Assembly (NCBI GenBank): GCA_950097015.1
Contig: CATNEN010000029.1
Location: 3,038,001 to 3,102,000, forward strand
Source of the DNA: Macrostomum hystrix
Lineage: Eukaryota > Animalia > Platyhelminthes
Direction: 5' to 3'
Length of the DNA stretch: 64,000 nt
Within the stretch, counting starts at the first letter, position 1, and the number at the start of each line of letters is the position of its first letter. The notes beneath the pieces were generated by a model that did no database searches, had not been told where the DNA came from, and worked only from the letters and a program-made list of their open reading frames with translations. This document shows, piece after piece, positions 1 through 12,804 of the stretch. The translations under genes and the position numbers were made by a program.

Positions 1-18
1 TACCTTAAACAGGTAGTC

Positions 19-90
19 TCCTCGATAGTATAGTGGTCAGTATCTCCGCCTGTCACGTGGAAGGCCCGGGTTCGATTCCCGGTCGGGGAG
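19..90 (+). tRNA. tRNA-Asp: tRNA-Asp (GTC), copy 1
   Basis: 72-nt cloverleaf: acceptor TCCTCGA/TCGGGGA, anticodon stem TCCGC/GTGGA with loop CTGTCAC, B box GGTTCGATTCC, T5 terminator at 95-99. Confidence 0.97.
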
Positions 91-404
91 AGACTTTTTA
101 CTCCAGTTTCAGCTGAATAGATTTTGTAAAATCAGCGTCGTATTTTTAGAGCTGCAGTTTTTGCAAATTTATAGTTTTTTACTCCTGTGATCTTTGTAAC
201 ACTACTTAATAGTAGGATCACACGCAAGTATCTAACAAACTTTCCATTTGTTTTACATTCGTTTTTATTCTTTCTCAATTAACTTTCAGGTTTTTCTGTC
301 GCCTACTGCATTCAGGCATTTTAATGGTAAAAATATTTGGCGTAATTCAAAATATATGTTGCTTAGAAGCATATATTAGAAGCTAAACTAGGTCTAAAAT
401 TTTT

Positions 405-476
405 CTCCCCGACCGGGAATCGAACCCGGGCCTTCCACGTGACAGGCGGAGATACTGACCACTATACTATCGAGGA
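405..476 (-). tRNA. tRNA-Asp: tRNA-Asp (GTC), copy 2
   Basis: Exact reverse complement of copy 1; T4 tract follows on the minus strand. Confidence 0.97.
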
Positions 477-682
477 GGTCACAGTACGTATGTCTGATTT
501 AGTTAAACAAATGAACAGTTGCGAGTTTGACAAATCTCTGCAGTTTCAGCTTTTACTTTATTTAGTCCTTTCCCTCTTTAATGAAATCCAGCTTGAATTA
601 GTTTTAATAAATGCTGGATTTCTGCAGTTAAAAATTCTTGATTAATCATTGATTAAACGTCACACCTTGGGCCACGTCTGTC

Positions 683-696
683 GTTGCCATAGCAAC
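683..696. promoter_or_regulatory. RFX X-box motif
   Basis: GTTGCCATAGCAAC matches the X-box consensus GTNRCC-N(0-3)-RGYAAC; function not shown. Confidence 0.45.
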
Positions 697-1066
697 GATA
701 TTGATCCAGAACTTAGGGAAGTAGAGGTCTAGAGGAATTAGAGACACAGAGACTATAATATTGAGTCGTGGCACTTAACGTTATATATCGTTTAAGAATC
801 TTAAGGGTTAGAAATTTTTAGTGTGTTCATTTTAATGTTAATTTCATTAGTGTTATCGACAATATCGGCAATACGACAATACTTGGTATCCAGCTTAATA
901 TAGTTGGGTCATTGATTGACAGCTTATAGATTCACGTATTATAGCTATTGGCTAGGGTCGACGTCAATCATGTGTGATGTTTTTTGAGATGATTTTCAGA
1001 TCGTAAGTTTTACGCGTACACATAAAAAATAATAAAAATGACAGATAAGAGTTTCATAAATTAACT

Positions 1067-1138
1067 TCCTCGATAGTATAGTGGTCAGTATCTCCGCCTG
1101 TCACGTGGAAGGCCCGGGTTCGATTCCCGGTCGGGGAG
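1067..1138 (+). tRNA. tRNA-Asp: tRNA-Asp (GTC), copy 3
   Basis: Identical to copy 1; T-run about 10 nt downstream. Confidence 0.97.
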
Positions 1139-1525
1139 GATAAGTTCTTTTGCCAAAAAGTCGTCTTTTTTGTTCACAAGCAAAACTGTGCTGTAATTTA
1201 AGCTGGTTAATTTTTTGCCGCCCAGCCTCGACTTTGTTTAATATGGCTTTATTGCATTGCCAGCTATGCCTACGTAATTAAAAAACTGAGTTAGAAAATA
1301 GATCTTAGCTCAACAGTTCATGCACCTGTAGTTTTTTCTTATTCTGAAGTTTATTATATAAAAATTTAATCTGTTGCTACTCACAGCAGCATAACAATGT
1401 TTCAATTTTCAGGTTTCAAAGTGCAAAGTTAAAGCGAATATACCGCCTTCATTAAATAGGTTTCTTAGCGTATTTTATGCACAGAGACAGATAAGAGGTG
1501 GATGTAGCAGATTGATGATTAGCGA

Positions 1526-2628
1526 GAGGGAGGAAAGGCGGATTATATGGGCGGGTGAGGGCGGAAAGGCGGATTATATGGGCGGGTGAGGGCGGAAAGG
1601 TGGATTATAAGGGCGGGTGAGGGCGGAAAGGCGGATTATATGGGTGGGTGAGGGCGGGAAGGTGGATTATATGGGCGGGTGAGGGAGGAAAGGCGGATTA
1701 TATGGGCGGGTGAGGGCAGAAAGGTGGATTATATGGGCGGGTGAGGGCGGGAAGGTGGATTATATGGGCGGGTGAGGGCGGGAAGGTGGATTATAAGGGC
1801 GGGTGAGGGCGGAAAGGTGGATTATATGGGCGGGTGAGGGCGGAAAGGCGGATTATATGGGCGGGTGAGGGCGGGAAGGTGGATTATATGGGCGGGTGAG
1901 GGCGGGAAGGTGGATTATAAGGGCGGGTGAGGGCGGAAAGGTGGATTATAAGGGCGGGTGAGGGCGGAAAGGTGGATTATATGGGCGGGTGAGGGCGGAA
2001 AGGTTGATTATATGGGCGGGTGAGGGCAGAAAGGTAGATTATTTGGGCGGGTGAGGGCGGAAAGGTGGATTATATGGGCGGGTGAGGGCGGAAAGGCGGA
2101 TTATATGGGCGGGTGAGGGCGGAAAGGTGGATTATAAGGGCGGGTGAGGGCGGAAAGGCGGATTATATGGGTGGGTGAGGGCGGGAAGGTGGATTATATG
2201 GGCGGGTGAGGGCGGAAAGGTGGATTATATGGGCGGGTGAGGGCAGAAAGGTGGATTATTTGGGCGGGTGAGGGCAGAAAGGTGGATTATATGGGCGGGT
2301 GAGGGCGGGAAGGTGGATTATAAGGGCGGGTGAGGGCGGAAAGGTGGATTATAAGGGCGGGTGAGGGCGGAAAGGCGGATTATATGGGCGGGTGAGGGCG
2401 GAAAGGCGGATTATATGGGTGGGTGAGGGCGGAAAGGCGGATTATATGGGCGGGTGAGGGCGGAAAGGTGGATTATATGGGCGGGTGAGGGCGGAAAGGT
2501 GGATTTAATGGGCGGGTGAGGGCAGAAAGGTGGATTATATGGGCGGGTGAGGGCGGGAAGGTGGATTATATCGTTTAGTGACGGCGGAAAGGCGGATTAT
2601 ATGGGCGGGTGAGGGCGGAAAGGCGGAT
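1526..2628. repeat. 31-bp G-rich minisatellite (~35 copies)
   Basis: Unit GAGGGCGGAAAGGTGGATTATATGGGCGGGT. Confidence 0.95.
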
Positions 2629-3782
2629 AGGGGTCAGAGTTTTTGCCCGAATTCTAAGAAAGACAGTTCTGTTTGCTGCTGCTTTTGTATTGAATTAAAC
2701 TAAGCTCTGAGTGGGAATCATATATTGACTTGAAAATTTGCAATACATTCAGAGACAGTAGTAAACTAATGTTAAACAATTGTATCCACATTGACTGTAA
2801 CAAATTTCTGCTGAATTAGGAAGAAGAGTAAACAGTTCATTCAGGATGAAAACTAAGTCGAAACCAGCTGCCCGCAGCGAGTCGATTTCGGAGCCCTAAA
2901 TAGTGGAGAGAGACAATTGTTGAGGATTCTCATTTTGTGAAGAGAATTACGAGTATGTGCTGTCTTGTCCTCTTCTCTTGTGGGATCTGTCCTAAAAGTG
3001 TTGCAAGCGGTTCTAATTCGGTATAATGTGCCACACTCGAAAATATTTAATGCTTCCTCAATACACAGCGCCACACTTGTCCGATAGCAAAACGAAGTCT
3101 AGCATCAAATTTAAGCCTTAATAAGGGCCTGGGAAATTTTCTTTATTTACTGTCGTCTTTATTACTGCTAATAACTATAGATTATGCGGCAAATTATAAC
3201 TCAAAGTGTTCCACTTGCTCCGCCCTGGTATAACATTCAGGGGCGCCACACACAATTGGTCTAGCAGATGGTTCTCGTCTTCTGCCCCACCAAGCCCCGT
3301 GTCTCAGCAGCTGCTGCCACTGGGAATTCAAATTATTCATATGTGTATATATATGGGCCCTTGCATATACACGGGCGCAAACACTAAGTCTTTGTTCCCC
3401 TCCCCGTGCACAAAGACTGGAGAAAAACTCGGAGCTAATGGGACCTCTCTCCTCTTCCCCCCGCATCGCTGTAGCAGCTCGCTTGTGTGTCATCGCGCCG
3501 TGCAATCTGCCTCAAGCTGGGATGACAGAAGCGGGGATAAAGACTTGCGACTTCAGTCTAGCTGATGGCCCGTCTGTATTAATCCAGTCTTTGTTCTCTG
3601 CCCCGAGGATTTCAATGGGCCACGCGCTGGGATTTTAGTTTTAAAAATAAATGTTCGAGTGAGTCATCTCACACCCAATACATGAATATGCAAACATATC
3701 AGTTTAGCGATAGAGCAAATACGCACTGACTAATTCAGTAACACTTATTTTATCTTTAACGTTAACACAATGAAACATTTTG

Positions 3783-3962
3783 TCCGAACTCTATCCGAAT
3801 TATATCCGAATTATATCCGATTTTTTTCTTTTTATCCTAACTCTATCCTTATTCTATCCTAATTCTATCCTAATTCTATCAGAACTCTATCCTTATTCTA
3901 TCCTACGAATTCTAATTCTATCCGACTTCTATACGAACTCTATCAAAATTCTATCCGAATTC
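3783..3962. repeat. Degenerate ATTCTATCC(T/G)A short repeat
   Basis: Repeated TATCCGAA and ATTCTATCCTA words. Confidence 0.7.
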
Positions 3963-4797
3963 TAAATTCAGAATACCAAATTCTTGCTGAATGCTACCAA
4001 AAGTAATCTTAGTCTAGAGAAATTAGTGATCCTAAATTTCAGATCCTCATGAACCCCATTAAGACTGTTCATTTAGTCGTTTTGCGTGCCAAAGAAACAA
4101 AGCAGGGGATCTTTAAGGAATCTTAAAAAAACGACTGAATATTTTTCAACCTCTAATTAACAGCTTGCGTGAGTCACACAGTTTTCTCAAAAGACTCAAC
4201 ACACACACACACACACACACTCCCACACGCACACACACGCACACCTGTTTGATCTTATTCGAGTCGCTGATTTGCAAACAGGGAATTTCTACTAAATTTG
4301 GGTGGAATAATTTATTAATCAAACCGGGATAAAGGGTTTGTTGCTCTCTAACTTTCATTATTTGCTCAACGGTTCTTAGAATATGCGAATGTGTATATTT
4401 ATATATAAAGTGAAAAAAATAGGGAAAAAAATATAGGCATCGCGTGATATTTCATCTCGTTAGATCCCGCACTAGTTGGGAGAAATGCAGAGAAAGAATT
4501 GGACGCCATCTGCGACTCGACACCCGCTACCCAGCTCACATCCTGCTCACCTCACGTTCCTCATATCTCTCCCCATCTTTTTTTCCTGTTAAACTTCCTC
4601 CAGAGTATTTGTCCGGGCTCTTTGTGTTTGCTCAACTCCTCCAGGTTTGAGCAGGCCTTGCGCCAGGGAATACTCAAAATTCGGTTGATTCGAGGCAGCG
4701 CCTGAAATCATATTTTTGCTTCACTTCTACAAGTATAGTTGCGACTGCTTTAAAAGCCATACGCTGAAAATATCTTCCCTTCATCCTACGAACAACA

Positions 4798-5306
4798 CTC
4801 TCTATTCCATCTTCTCCATCTCTCTTCTCTTCTTCCATATCTCTCCCATCTCTCTCCCATATCTCTCCCATCTCTCTCCCATCTCTCTCCCCTCTCTCTC
4901 CAATCTCTCTCCCATCTCTCTCCCATGTCTCTCCCTCTTTATCCTATCTCTCTCCCCTCTCTCTCCCATCTCTCTCCCATCTCTCTCCCATCTCTCTCCC
5001 ATCTCTCTCCCATCTCTCTCCCATCTCTCTCCCATCTCTCTCCCATCTCTCTCCCATGTCTCTCCATCTTTCTCCTATCTCTCTCCCCTCTCTCTCCCAT
5101 CTCTCTCCCATCTCTCTCCCATCTCTCTCCCATCTCTCTCCCATGTCTCTCCCTCTTTCTCCCATCTCTCTCCCATCTCTCTCCCATCTCTCTCCCCTCT
5201 CTCTCCCATCTCTCTCCCATCTCTCTCCCATCTCTCTCCCCTCTCTCTGCCATTTCTCTCCCATCTCTCTCCCATCTCTCTCCCATCTCTCTCCGCTCTC
5301 TCCCCC
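4798..5306. repeat. 11-bp polypyrimidine repeat (TCTCTCTCCCA)n
   Basis: Direct reading; explains all overlapping LSPISLPS and GREMGERW ORFs. Confidence 0.95.
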
Positions 5307-6999
5307 TTACTCTCAGACGGTCAATAATCCGAGCAATTATTAATCGTGACAAACTGTTACTGAATCACAGTTGGATTAGGAGCACAAGCATCAGTCAATA
5401 TATAAAACTGAGTTGCAGCATGAGATAAGCTGAAACAAGTTAGTTAATAGTTACATTAGCTAGATGAGCGGTGAGCACAGCCTTATCTAAACAGCGGCAT
5501 TAGATTTGCAGAGGCTAAAGTTTGCTTCGCACAGTTTATTACACAAAGCCACGAGTGTGCGCCCGCCTGCAGCTTGGGAATCAGAACAGCTGCCGTAGAG
5601 TTTCACAATAGTTTATTCCCATAGTGTTTAACTTCTTAAAGCTTCTTCAGCATGTGCAGCACAGCTGTTAGGAGCTCTGCAAAGCGGAAGAAGAACTCTG
5701 TGGGTAGTTCAAGAGGGCAGTTGACCCCCCGTCCAGACGGCTTAGTATTTATATGTTTTCTTAGTTTTTTTCGTTCTTTCAAACTTTCAAAGCCATCCGA
5801 GTCAGCATCGTCGAGATATTCATCGATTCTTGTCGAAGACCCTGGTGACAAGGACAACTGACATTGCTCTGCATAATTCTTATTATACAGTTAATTAAAT
5901 TAATATTAATACAGTAAGATTAAGCTAGCAGCACGAGAATAATCACTGTGCAAGCCTTGCAAACTGTAATAGAGTGTACTAGACTACATACTTGCGTTGT
6001 ACACTAGCAAATAGCAATTCCCTGATCCCCCAGGGCCGTTGGGATGAGGTTGGAGGCGATAATCTCGCCCCGCGCTAAGGGAAGCTAGCGCAGCCAACTA
6101 GACATTGGGGAAGAGGCGGCTGTGGAGGAAGAGAGTATGAAATATCGATCCATTCCCCTCCTGGCTTTGAAAGGAAGCCTTGCCCCCTACCCCGACCAGA
6201 GCTGTCGGAGGGAGGCCCTCGGCTTAACCCGCTAACTCCCAATCTCTTTCCCTTCCCGGCCTCTCTTTCTCTTCTCTCCGCCAGCCCAGACCAGCCTTTC
6301 AAAGCTGCTGCAGCTGCCCCTAGGGGGCTGCGGGTGAGGAAAACCGATGCCCAACCAAATCCCCTCCTCCTCAGGACTAGGGCTAGAAAAGGCCGATTAC
6401 TTCCTCGTCGGCCAGGCTTGCTTCCCGTCTTCCCTAGGGCCAGTTCCCCTAGCCCCTGCTTTCTCCCAGGAGAAGAAGCCCCCGCAGCTTTTGCATCGCT
6501 AAGCCCAGGAGGGCGCAGACACGCCTCAAGGTCTTTGTGCCTTCAACTTCCCTTGCCTTTCTGTGTCTCCTCTTTCATTTTATTCCACGTGGCCTCCCCA
6601 ATAAAGAGGAGTGTGATTCAGCAGGGCCCCTGCCATATTACAGTTAGTTTGGGGGGCCCCATGAACCGCAGCCAACCCGAGTGGAAGGCGCGTGGCCACC
6701 CACCCCAATACGCGGCTCCAGCTTTTTTTATTCCCCAACATAGAGGGGCCTGACTCTTTGTAAAACGGCCCGCCAATCCGCGCCAATAAAGATCCCAAAA
6801 CTCCACATTCGTCATCTTCCCCCGACCCCATCAGCAGAGCCCACCGCTTTTTCTGCCGAGTCATCCTCCATCATCACCCTATATATGATACAAGCTATAC
6901 AAAATCCCTACCAAGAAGCAGCACAGATAGTCTTCGATTGCCAGAATCAGCAATACTGCGCACCGCAGAAGCCGCTGCGAAGACCTGGCGGCAGCCCCG

Positions 7000-7380
7000 A
7001 TGGAGGCGCCACGGCCTAGAAGCTTCGATTTTGTCGACGTCCGTCGTATCGACGAACTAGACGACGATATTGCCGACGAGGAGCCGTTCGACGGGCCGGC
7101 GAAACGAAAGAAGCTTCGCTCGAGCTCACCATCGATGGAGGTGAACCTCTTCAACGAGCCTGTCATGCTTGAACCACTGGAACCGCCCGCGACTCCGCCG
7201 CTAAGTTCATCAACCTCGTCTGCCACTTCAACGTCGCAACAGGCTGTCATCGGTCGTTCAGTGACAGGCATCGGGCAGCCGCTGAGAAGGCACCAGCAAC
7301 TGCCTGTGAGACGTCCGGCAGTCGCCAGAGACATGTGCTCCGACAACTGGCGCCTGGACGAGGTCGCGAGATCCCATGAG
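7000..7380 (+). CDS. SPSB3: SPRY-domain SOCS-box protein, exon 1
   Basis: ATG at 7000; low-complexity N-terminus with basic PAKRKKLR; ends DNWRLDEVARSHE then GTGAGT donor (phase 0). Confidence 0.8.
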
Positions 7381-7617
7381 GTGAGTGTTCCAGGGGAGGC
7401 GACTTTCACGAGAAGCCGTGCTTGACTTTTCTTATTGCATAATTAACAACACATTGAATCACGCGTAGTTCGATTGCAAACACGGTGCATCTTCGAATAT
7501 AAATATAAAGGAAGTTGAATTGGTAATTTAGCGTATGGACTAATTTGGGAAAGCCTCGTCAATAATCAATTTGCACTAAATTCACACGCGGGCCTAGGCA
7601 AATATGTCATCCTGGAT

Positions 7618-7780
7618 TATTACGCCCTTGAGGGCCAACCTCCAAGGCACAGTGAGAGTGTTACTGTGCCTGACGATGAGAAAGTCAGGGCAGATGTACA
7701 CACCTCTATGCTTGTATGCTCAGGAGTCAGCGGAATGGACAGAATCGTCCCAGCGCTGGTTGCGTGCCCTCCTGCAAATT
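7618..7780 (+). mobile_element. SINE family A, 5'-truncated copy in the SPSB3 intron
   Basis: Shares GAGGGCCAACCTCCA...CTGACGATGAGAAAGTCAGGGCAGATGTACACACC...GCCCTCCTGCAA with 23714-24040 and partly with 42067-42402. Confidence 0.8.
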
Positions 7781-7893
7781 CAATTGACAAGTTGAAATAA
7801 CTTTATCGAAAAATGGGCAAAAAACTTGAGTTTCTACTGTTTCTACTGATTATTCTGCAGTTAATAATCCACGCATTCCGTCATCCACCGCAG

Positions 7894-8511
7894 ACCGTCT
7901 TGCTGACGCCAACCTCCGTGATGTTTCATCCGCGCTGGAGCAACGGACACGCGGCTGTGCGCGCCAATCGGCCTCTGGACCGCAGCCTCGTCCACTACTG
8001 GGAGGTGACCTTCGGCAGTCGAGTCTTCGGCACCGCCATGCAGGTCGGGGTCTGCACAGCCGACGCCCAGCTGAACGCCAACGAATTCCTGGAGAATCTC
8101 ATTGGCCGAGACGCGCACGGTTGGGCATTGTCGCATAAAGGCGTCGCCTGGCACAATGGCACATCTCGCTGGTTCTGCGAACCGTTCGCCGAGAACCAGA
8201 GCTGCGTGGTGGGCGTCCTATTCGATGGTCCTCGGGGACAACTCAGCTTCTACGTCAATGGCGTGCGCCTGGAAGCAGCCTTTCACGGGCTTGACGGCTG
8301 CACGGAGCCTCTCTATCCCGTGCTGTCGTCAACAGCGGCCAAGACCTGCATGACCGTCACGCGGATCCTGCGCTCCTACGAGAGCCTGCAGGACCGCTGC
8401 TGCGCTGCGCTGGCCCGCTCTGCCGCATCGGCTGCGACCCCTCCGCAGTGGTGGCGCCTGCCCCCGACTCTGCGCCGAGTGCTAGCTGAGAGGTTCGATG
8501 TCGACTGCTGA
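7894..8511 (+). CDS. SPSB3: SPRY-domain SOCS-box protein, exon 2
   Basis: CCGCAG acceptor in frame; FHPRWSNGHAAVR...HYWEV...VFGTAMQVGV...GWALSHKG...LYPVLSSTAAKT is SPSB3-type SPRY; SLQDRCC...LPPTLRRVL is a SOCS box; TGA at 8509-8511. Confidence 0.9.
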   Translation, partial: TVLLTPTSVMFHPRWSNGHAAVRANRPLDRSLVHYWEVTFGSRVFGTAMQVGVCTADAQLNANEFLENLIGRDAHGWALSHKGVAWHNGTSRWFCEPFAENQSCVVGVLFDGPRGQLSFYVNGVRLEAAFHGLDGCTEPLYPVLSSTAAKTCMTVTRILRSYESLQDRCCAALARSAASAATPPQWWRLPPTLRRVLAERFDVDC

Positions 8512-10140
8512 TACTTGCGGACCAGCTAGAAATGGCGTCATTTGTAAGTCGGCTCATTGGCTGTGGTGGAGTAACGTGCTTGAGTCGACTTTCGTACATA
8601 GTAATACCTCGCTTTAATATTCATGCGATATAACAAGTAACTTTTTGAAATGATACCTTTGCACACTGATGATCCAAAAGTTAAAACAGTTCAACAAATT
8701 GTAAATCATAAAATATTTGTTTTGTTGATGTTTGTGTAAAAATGAATGTTTTCTTCTAACAGAAGTTGGGCGGTTTGTGCAATAATTTAGCTGCTCACGA
8801 GCTAATGAACATATTTCATTGTATTTTTTTCTGCTCTAGTTTGCTCGATGTTTTCTGATTTTCTCTTTAATAATCCTGTTTTGAGCTGCAGTAACAAATC
8901 ACTGTACATAGCCAAGATTATGTATTGATTTTTTATTTACTTAGCCTACGTTCGCACCTAGAGGCTCGACCCAACGCAAATAGTCTATGGCCGAGCCTAT
9001 TTGCCCAGTCATCTCGGTATTATTTGTGAACATATTTGTTTATTTACTTAAAAAGCGCTTAGCTTTGCACTTTTGCACTAAAAATGGCGCGGACTTTAGT
9101 CCCAATAGCTAATCCCAAAATCTAATTTAATCTCAGATAACGATACGTTAATAAGCTAGGGATTTATCGTTCGCGCCAGTTATTCATGCACGCTTTGCTT
9201 TTTCTGTTGCTTTTGCTTTTTTGTTTTGCCGAATTTTTGTTAGCGATTAGTTTTTTACTGTACTTCTTCTGGCTTGGCTTAAAATAAATTAGCCGCCTTG
9301 TGTGAGAGAGTGGAATCTAGTCATGACAGATGCCCAGCCACTGACGGTTGTTGCTAAGAGGATCGCGTCTATATGGCGCATTCCTACTCGGCACGCCACC
9401 CTTTGGCTGCGGCTGATATTGTATATAATACTCGTATACTATTAGTAGTATGATTTGCACTTTTCAATGCTTTGTTCACATCTATTTTTTTCTATTGTAT
9501 TTTCGTTTTAACTCGATGAAAAAACTGTACCTAGGCGTTATAAAAAGGTATTCTTATTCGTTCAAGCGCCAGCCATATGCATAACAGATAGCATAGTAGT
9601 GAATTGTTACTGGCTTATCTATTGAATTGCATCATTTTTTTCCTCTAAAATGTTACACTTCTCGTTTTCTTCTCAGAAAATGACGGCACACTTGGAGTCA
9701 ATGGTCTCAAATTGTATAAAAGAACTTTTCTGCATATTTAAACAAAAATGCATTATTTATTTATCTGCCTGTTCGTGTCATGTTGTCTAAGTAGCTTTAA
9801 ACGTCTATGTTGTCAGATGGTTGCTTATTCAGCTATTTAAAATTTGGAACACACTTCCCTTCTTTAGTTTCATAATAATTCTTTGTTAAATGAGATTGTT
9901 GTAAAAATCTGAAATATGTTAAACTATATTATTCGTGACTAAAAATAAACTGCCCGCTGATGTCCAATTAGAATCGACATTCTTACCTTAAAAATGCAAG
10001 CTAAATTAGCCCAATTCTTCAATATCTTATTGATTGAATACAACTTTGTTTGCAAATATATATTTGACAAAAAATGATGCAAAATTTACCATCAATTAAG
10101 AAAAAGTTATTACAGATTCACTTAGACAAACGTCATTAAC

Positions 10141-10896
10141 TAGAACAGCAGCAGGAAATCGAGTAGAATCGCAGCAGGAAATCAGGTAGAATCGCAGCAG
10201 GAAATCAGGTAGAATCGCAGCAGGAAATCGAGTAGAATCGAAGTAGGTATCCGTGTAGAATCGCAGCAGGAAATCGAGTAGAATCGCAGCAGGAAATCGA
10301 GTAGAATCGAAGTAGGTATCCGAGTAGAATCGCAGCAGGAAATCAGGTAGAATCGCAGCAGGAAATCGAGTAGAATCGAAGTAGGTATCCGTGTAGAATC
10401 GCAGCAGGAAATCGAGTAGAATCGCAGCAGGAAATCGAGTAGAATTGCAGCAGGAAATCGAGTAGAATCGCAGCAGGAAATCGAGTAGAATCGCAGCAGG
10501 AAATCGAGTAGAATCGCAGCAGGTAATCAGGTAGAATCGCAGCAGGAAATCAGGTAGAATCGCAGCGGGAAATCGAGTAGAATCACAGCAGGAAATCAAG
10601 TCGAATCGCAGCAGGAAATCAGGTAGAATCGCAGCAGGAAATCAGGTAGAGTCTCAGAAGGAAATCAGGTAGAATCGCAGCAGGAAATCAGGAAGAATCG
10701 CAGCAGGAAATCGAGTAGAATCGCAGCAGGAAATCAGGTAGAATCGTAGCAGGAAATCAGGTAGAATCGTAGCAGGAAATCAGGTAGAATCGCAGCAGGA
10801 AATCAGGTAGAATCGCAGCAGGAAATCAGGTAGAATCGCAGCAGGAAATCAGGTAGAGTCTCAGAAGGAAATCAGGTGGAATCGTAGCAGGAAATC
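10141..10896. repeat. 23-bp minisatellite
   Basis: Unit GAAATC(AG/GA)GTAGAATCGCAGCAG, ~32 copies. Confidence 0.95.
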
Positions 10897-11612
10897 AATT
10901 TGAAATGCATCAAGTTTTTGGGGTAGAATCTCAGCAGGTTTTTGCAATTAGAATCAAAACCGGAACCTTAAGTAAGTAGAACAGTTAGGGTTAGAATAGT
11001 ATATAGAATAATGCTTCCATGCTATTGGCTACCTTCTAGCTAGTAAGTAGTAAGTAAAGCAAACGCATTTATTTGTCTCTGCAAAACAACATTTCCAAAC
11101 CATTTTTTGTAGAGCTCGCACGTTTTAGAAAAAACTTTCAAAAGCTTAAAATTGATGAGAAATTTGCTTCGGAATTAATATTTAATTCTATAATATGGCT
11201 TTCAAGGCTTTTGAAGTTTTTTTTTCCAAACATATCGGCTACCAGAATGCTCAAAGTCTTCTGAATGTTGAGATTTTGCTGCCTAGGGGAGTTTAGTTTA
11301 GCAGGTGAAAGGCTATGCCATACTTAGCTAGGATTGAATGAAAGCAGAAATGTACACAAGCAAACACCAACGCCCCTTTCTCCCCTCTCTCTCTTCACTT
11401 TAAATGCACGGAAAAATAGGCAGGTACTGAGTAGGTAGCAGACCACGGCGAGCAGGGGGTAGAGAAAATCTCTTTTATATGCCGTACAAAAGTGTTTCGC
11501 TCTCCATTTCTATCTCTCAAAAGCATTTAATCTTTTCAGCAAGTTGAAATAGTTACAATGCTCATACCTGACAGCTAAACAGACAGCATAACACCTCCTG
11601 CGTGTCTCTGAT

Positions 11613-11759
11613 ATGGACGAATACGCAAAGGACAAGTCCGGCGAAGATCTAGACGACGACGAAGACACATTAGAGTCGGTCGATGGCGACTGCCGACTGA
11701 ACGGAGTGCCAATTTATGGAGCTCCCCGGTGCGCCATACTGTACGACAAGCAGAAACTG
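11613..11759 (+). CDS. Unidentified polyQ protein, exon 1
   Basis: ATG then 49 codons (MDEYAKDKSGEDLDDDEDTLESVDGDCRLNGVPIYGAPRCAILYDKQKL) ending at GTGAGC donor, phase 0; true start uncertain. Confidence 0.6.
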
Positions 11760-11775
11760 GTGAGCGGACACGGAA

Positions 11776-12804
11776 TGGATTGCTAGCCCATCCCTTTAGA
11801 GAGGAAATAGTGGATTGCTAGCCCATCCCTTTAGAGTGGATTGCTAGCCCATGCCTTCAGAGAAGAAATAGTGGATTGCTAGCCCATCCCTTTAGAGTGG
11901 ATTGCTAGCCCATGCCTTCAGAGAGGAAATAGTGGATTGCTAGCCCATCCCTTTAGAGTGGATTGCTAGCCTATGCCTTCAGAGAGGAAATAGTGGATTG
12001 CTAGCCCATCCCTTTAGAGTGGATTGCTAGCCCATGCCTTCAGAGAGGAAATAGTGGATTGCTAGCCTAAGCCTTCAGAGAGGAAATAGTGGATTGCTAG
12101 CCCATCCCTTTAGAGTGGATTGCTAGCCCATGCCTTCAGAGAGGAAATAGTGGATTGCTAGCCCATCCCTTTAGAGTGGATTGCTAGCCCATGCCTTCAG
12201 AGAGGAAATAGTGGATTGCTAGCCCATCCCTTTAGAGTGGATTGCTAGCCTATGCCTTCAGAGAGGAAATAGTGGATTGCTAGCCCATCCCTTTAGAGTG
12301 GATTGCTAGCTCATGCCTTCAGAGAAGAAATAGTGGATTGCTAGCCCATCCCTTTAGAGTGGATTGCTAGCCTATGCCTTCAGAGAGGAAATAGTGGATT
12401 GCTAGCCCATCCCTTTAGAGTGGATTGCTAGCCTATGCCTTCAGAGAAGAAATAGTGGATTGCTAGCCCATCCCTGTTGAGTGGATTGCTAGCCTATGCT
12501 TTCAGAGAGGAATACAGTGGATTGCTAGCCTATGATTTCAGAGAGGAATACAGTGGATTGCTAGTCTATGCCTTCAGAGAAATACAGTGAATTGCTAGTC
12601 TATGCCTACAGAGAAATACTGTGGATTGCTAGTCTATGCCTTCAGAGAGAAATACAGTGGATTGCTAGCCTATGCTTTCAGAGAGGAATACAGTGGATTG
12701 CTAGTCTATGCCTTCAGAGAAATACTGTGGATTGCTAGTCTATGCCTTCAGAGAAATACTGTGGATTGCTAGTCTATGCCTTCAGAGAAATACAGTGGAT
12801 TGCT
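11776..12804. repeat. Intronic minisatellite with alternating 26/35-bp units (61-bp higher-order dimer)
   Basis: GTGGATTGCTAGCCCATCCCTTTAGA alternates with GTGGATTGCTAGCCCATGCCTTCAGAGAGGAAATA. Confidence 0.93.

Noticed and set aside
439-645. 68-aa ORF
   Set aside because: Starts inside the antisense of tRNA-Asp copy 2 and continues in AT-rich spacer
9334-9440. Possible HDV-like ribozyme (CAGCCA/TGGCTG helix followed by C-GG, small hairpins)
   Set aside because: Position +1 is C not G, P3 cannot pair, and P2 has only 5 of 7 pairs; at most a decayed remnant
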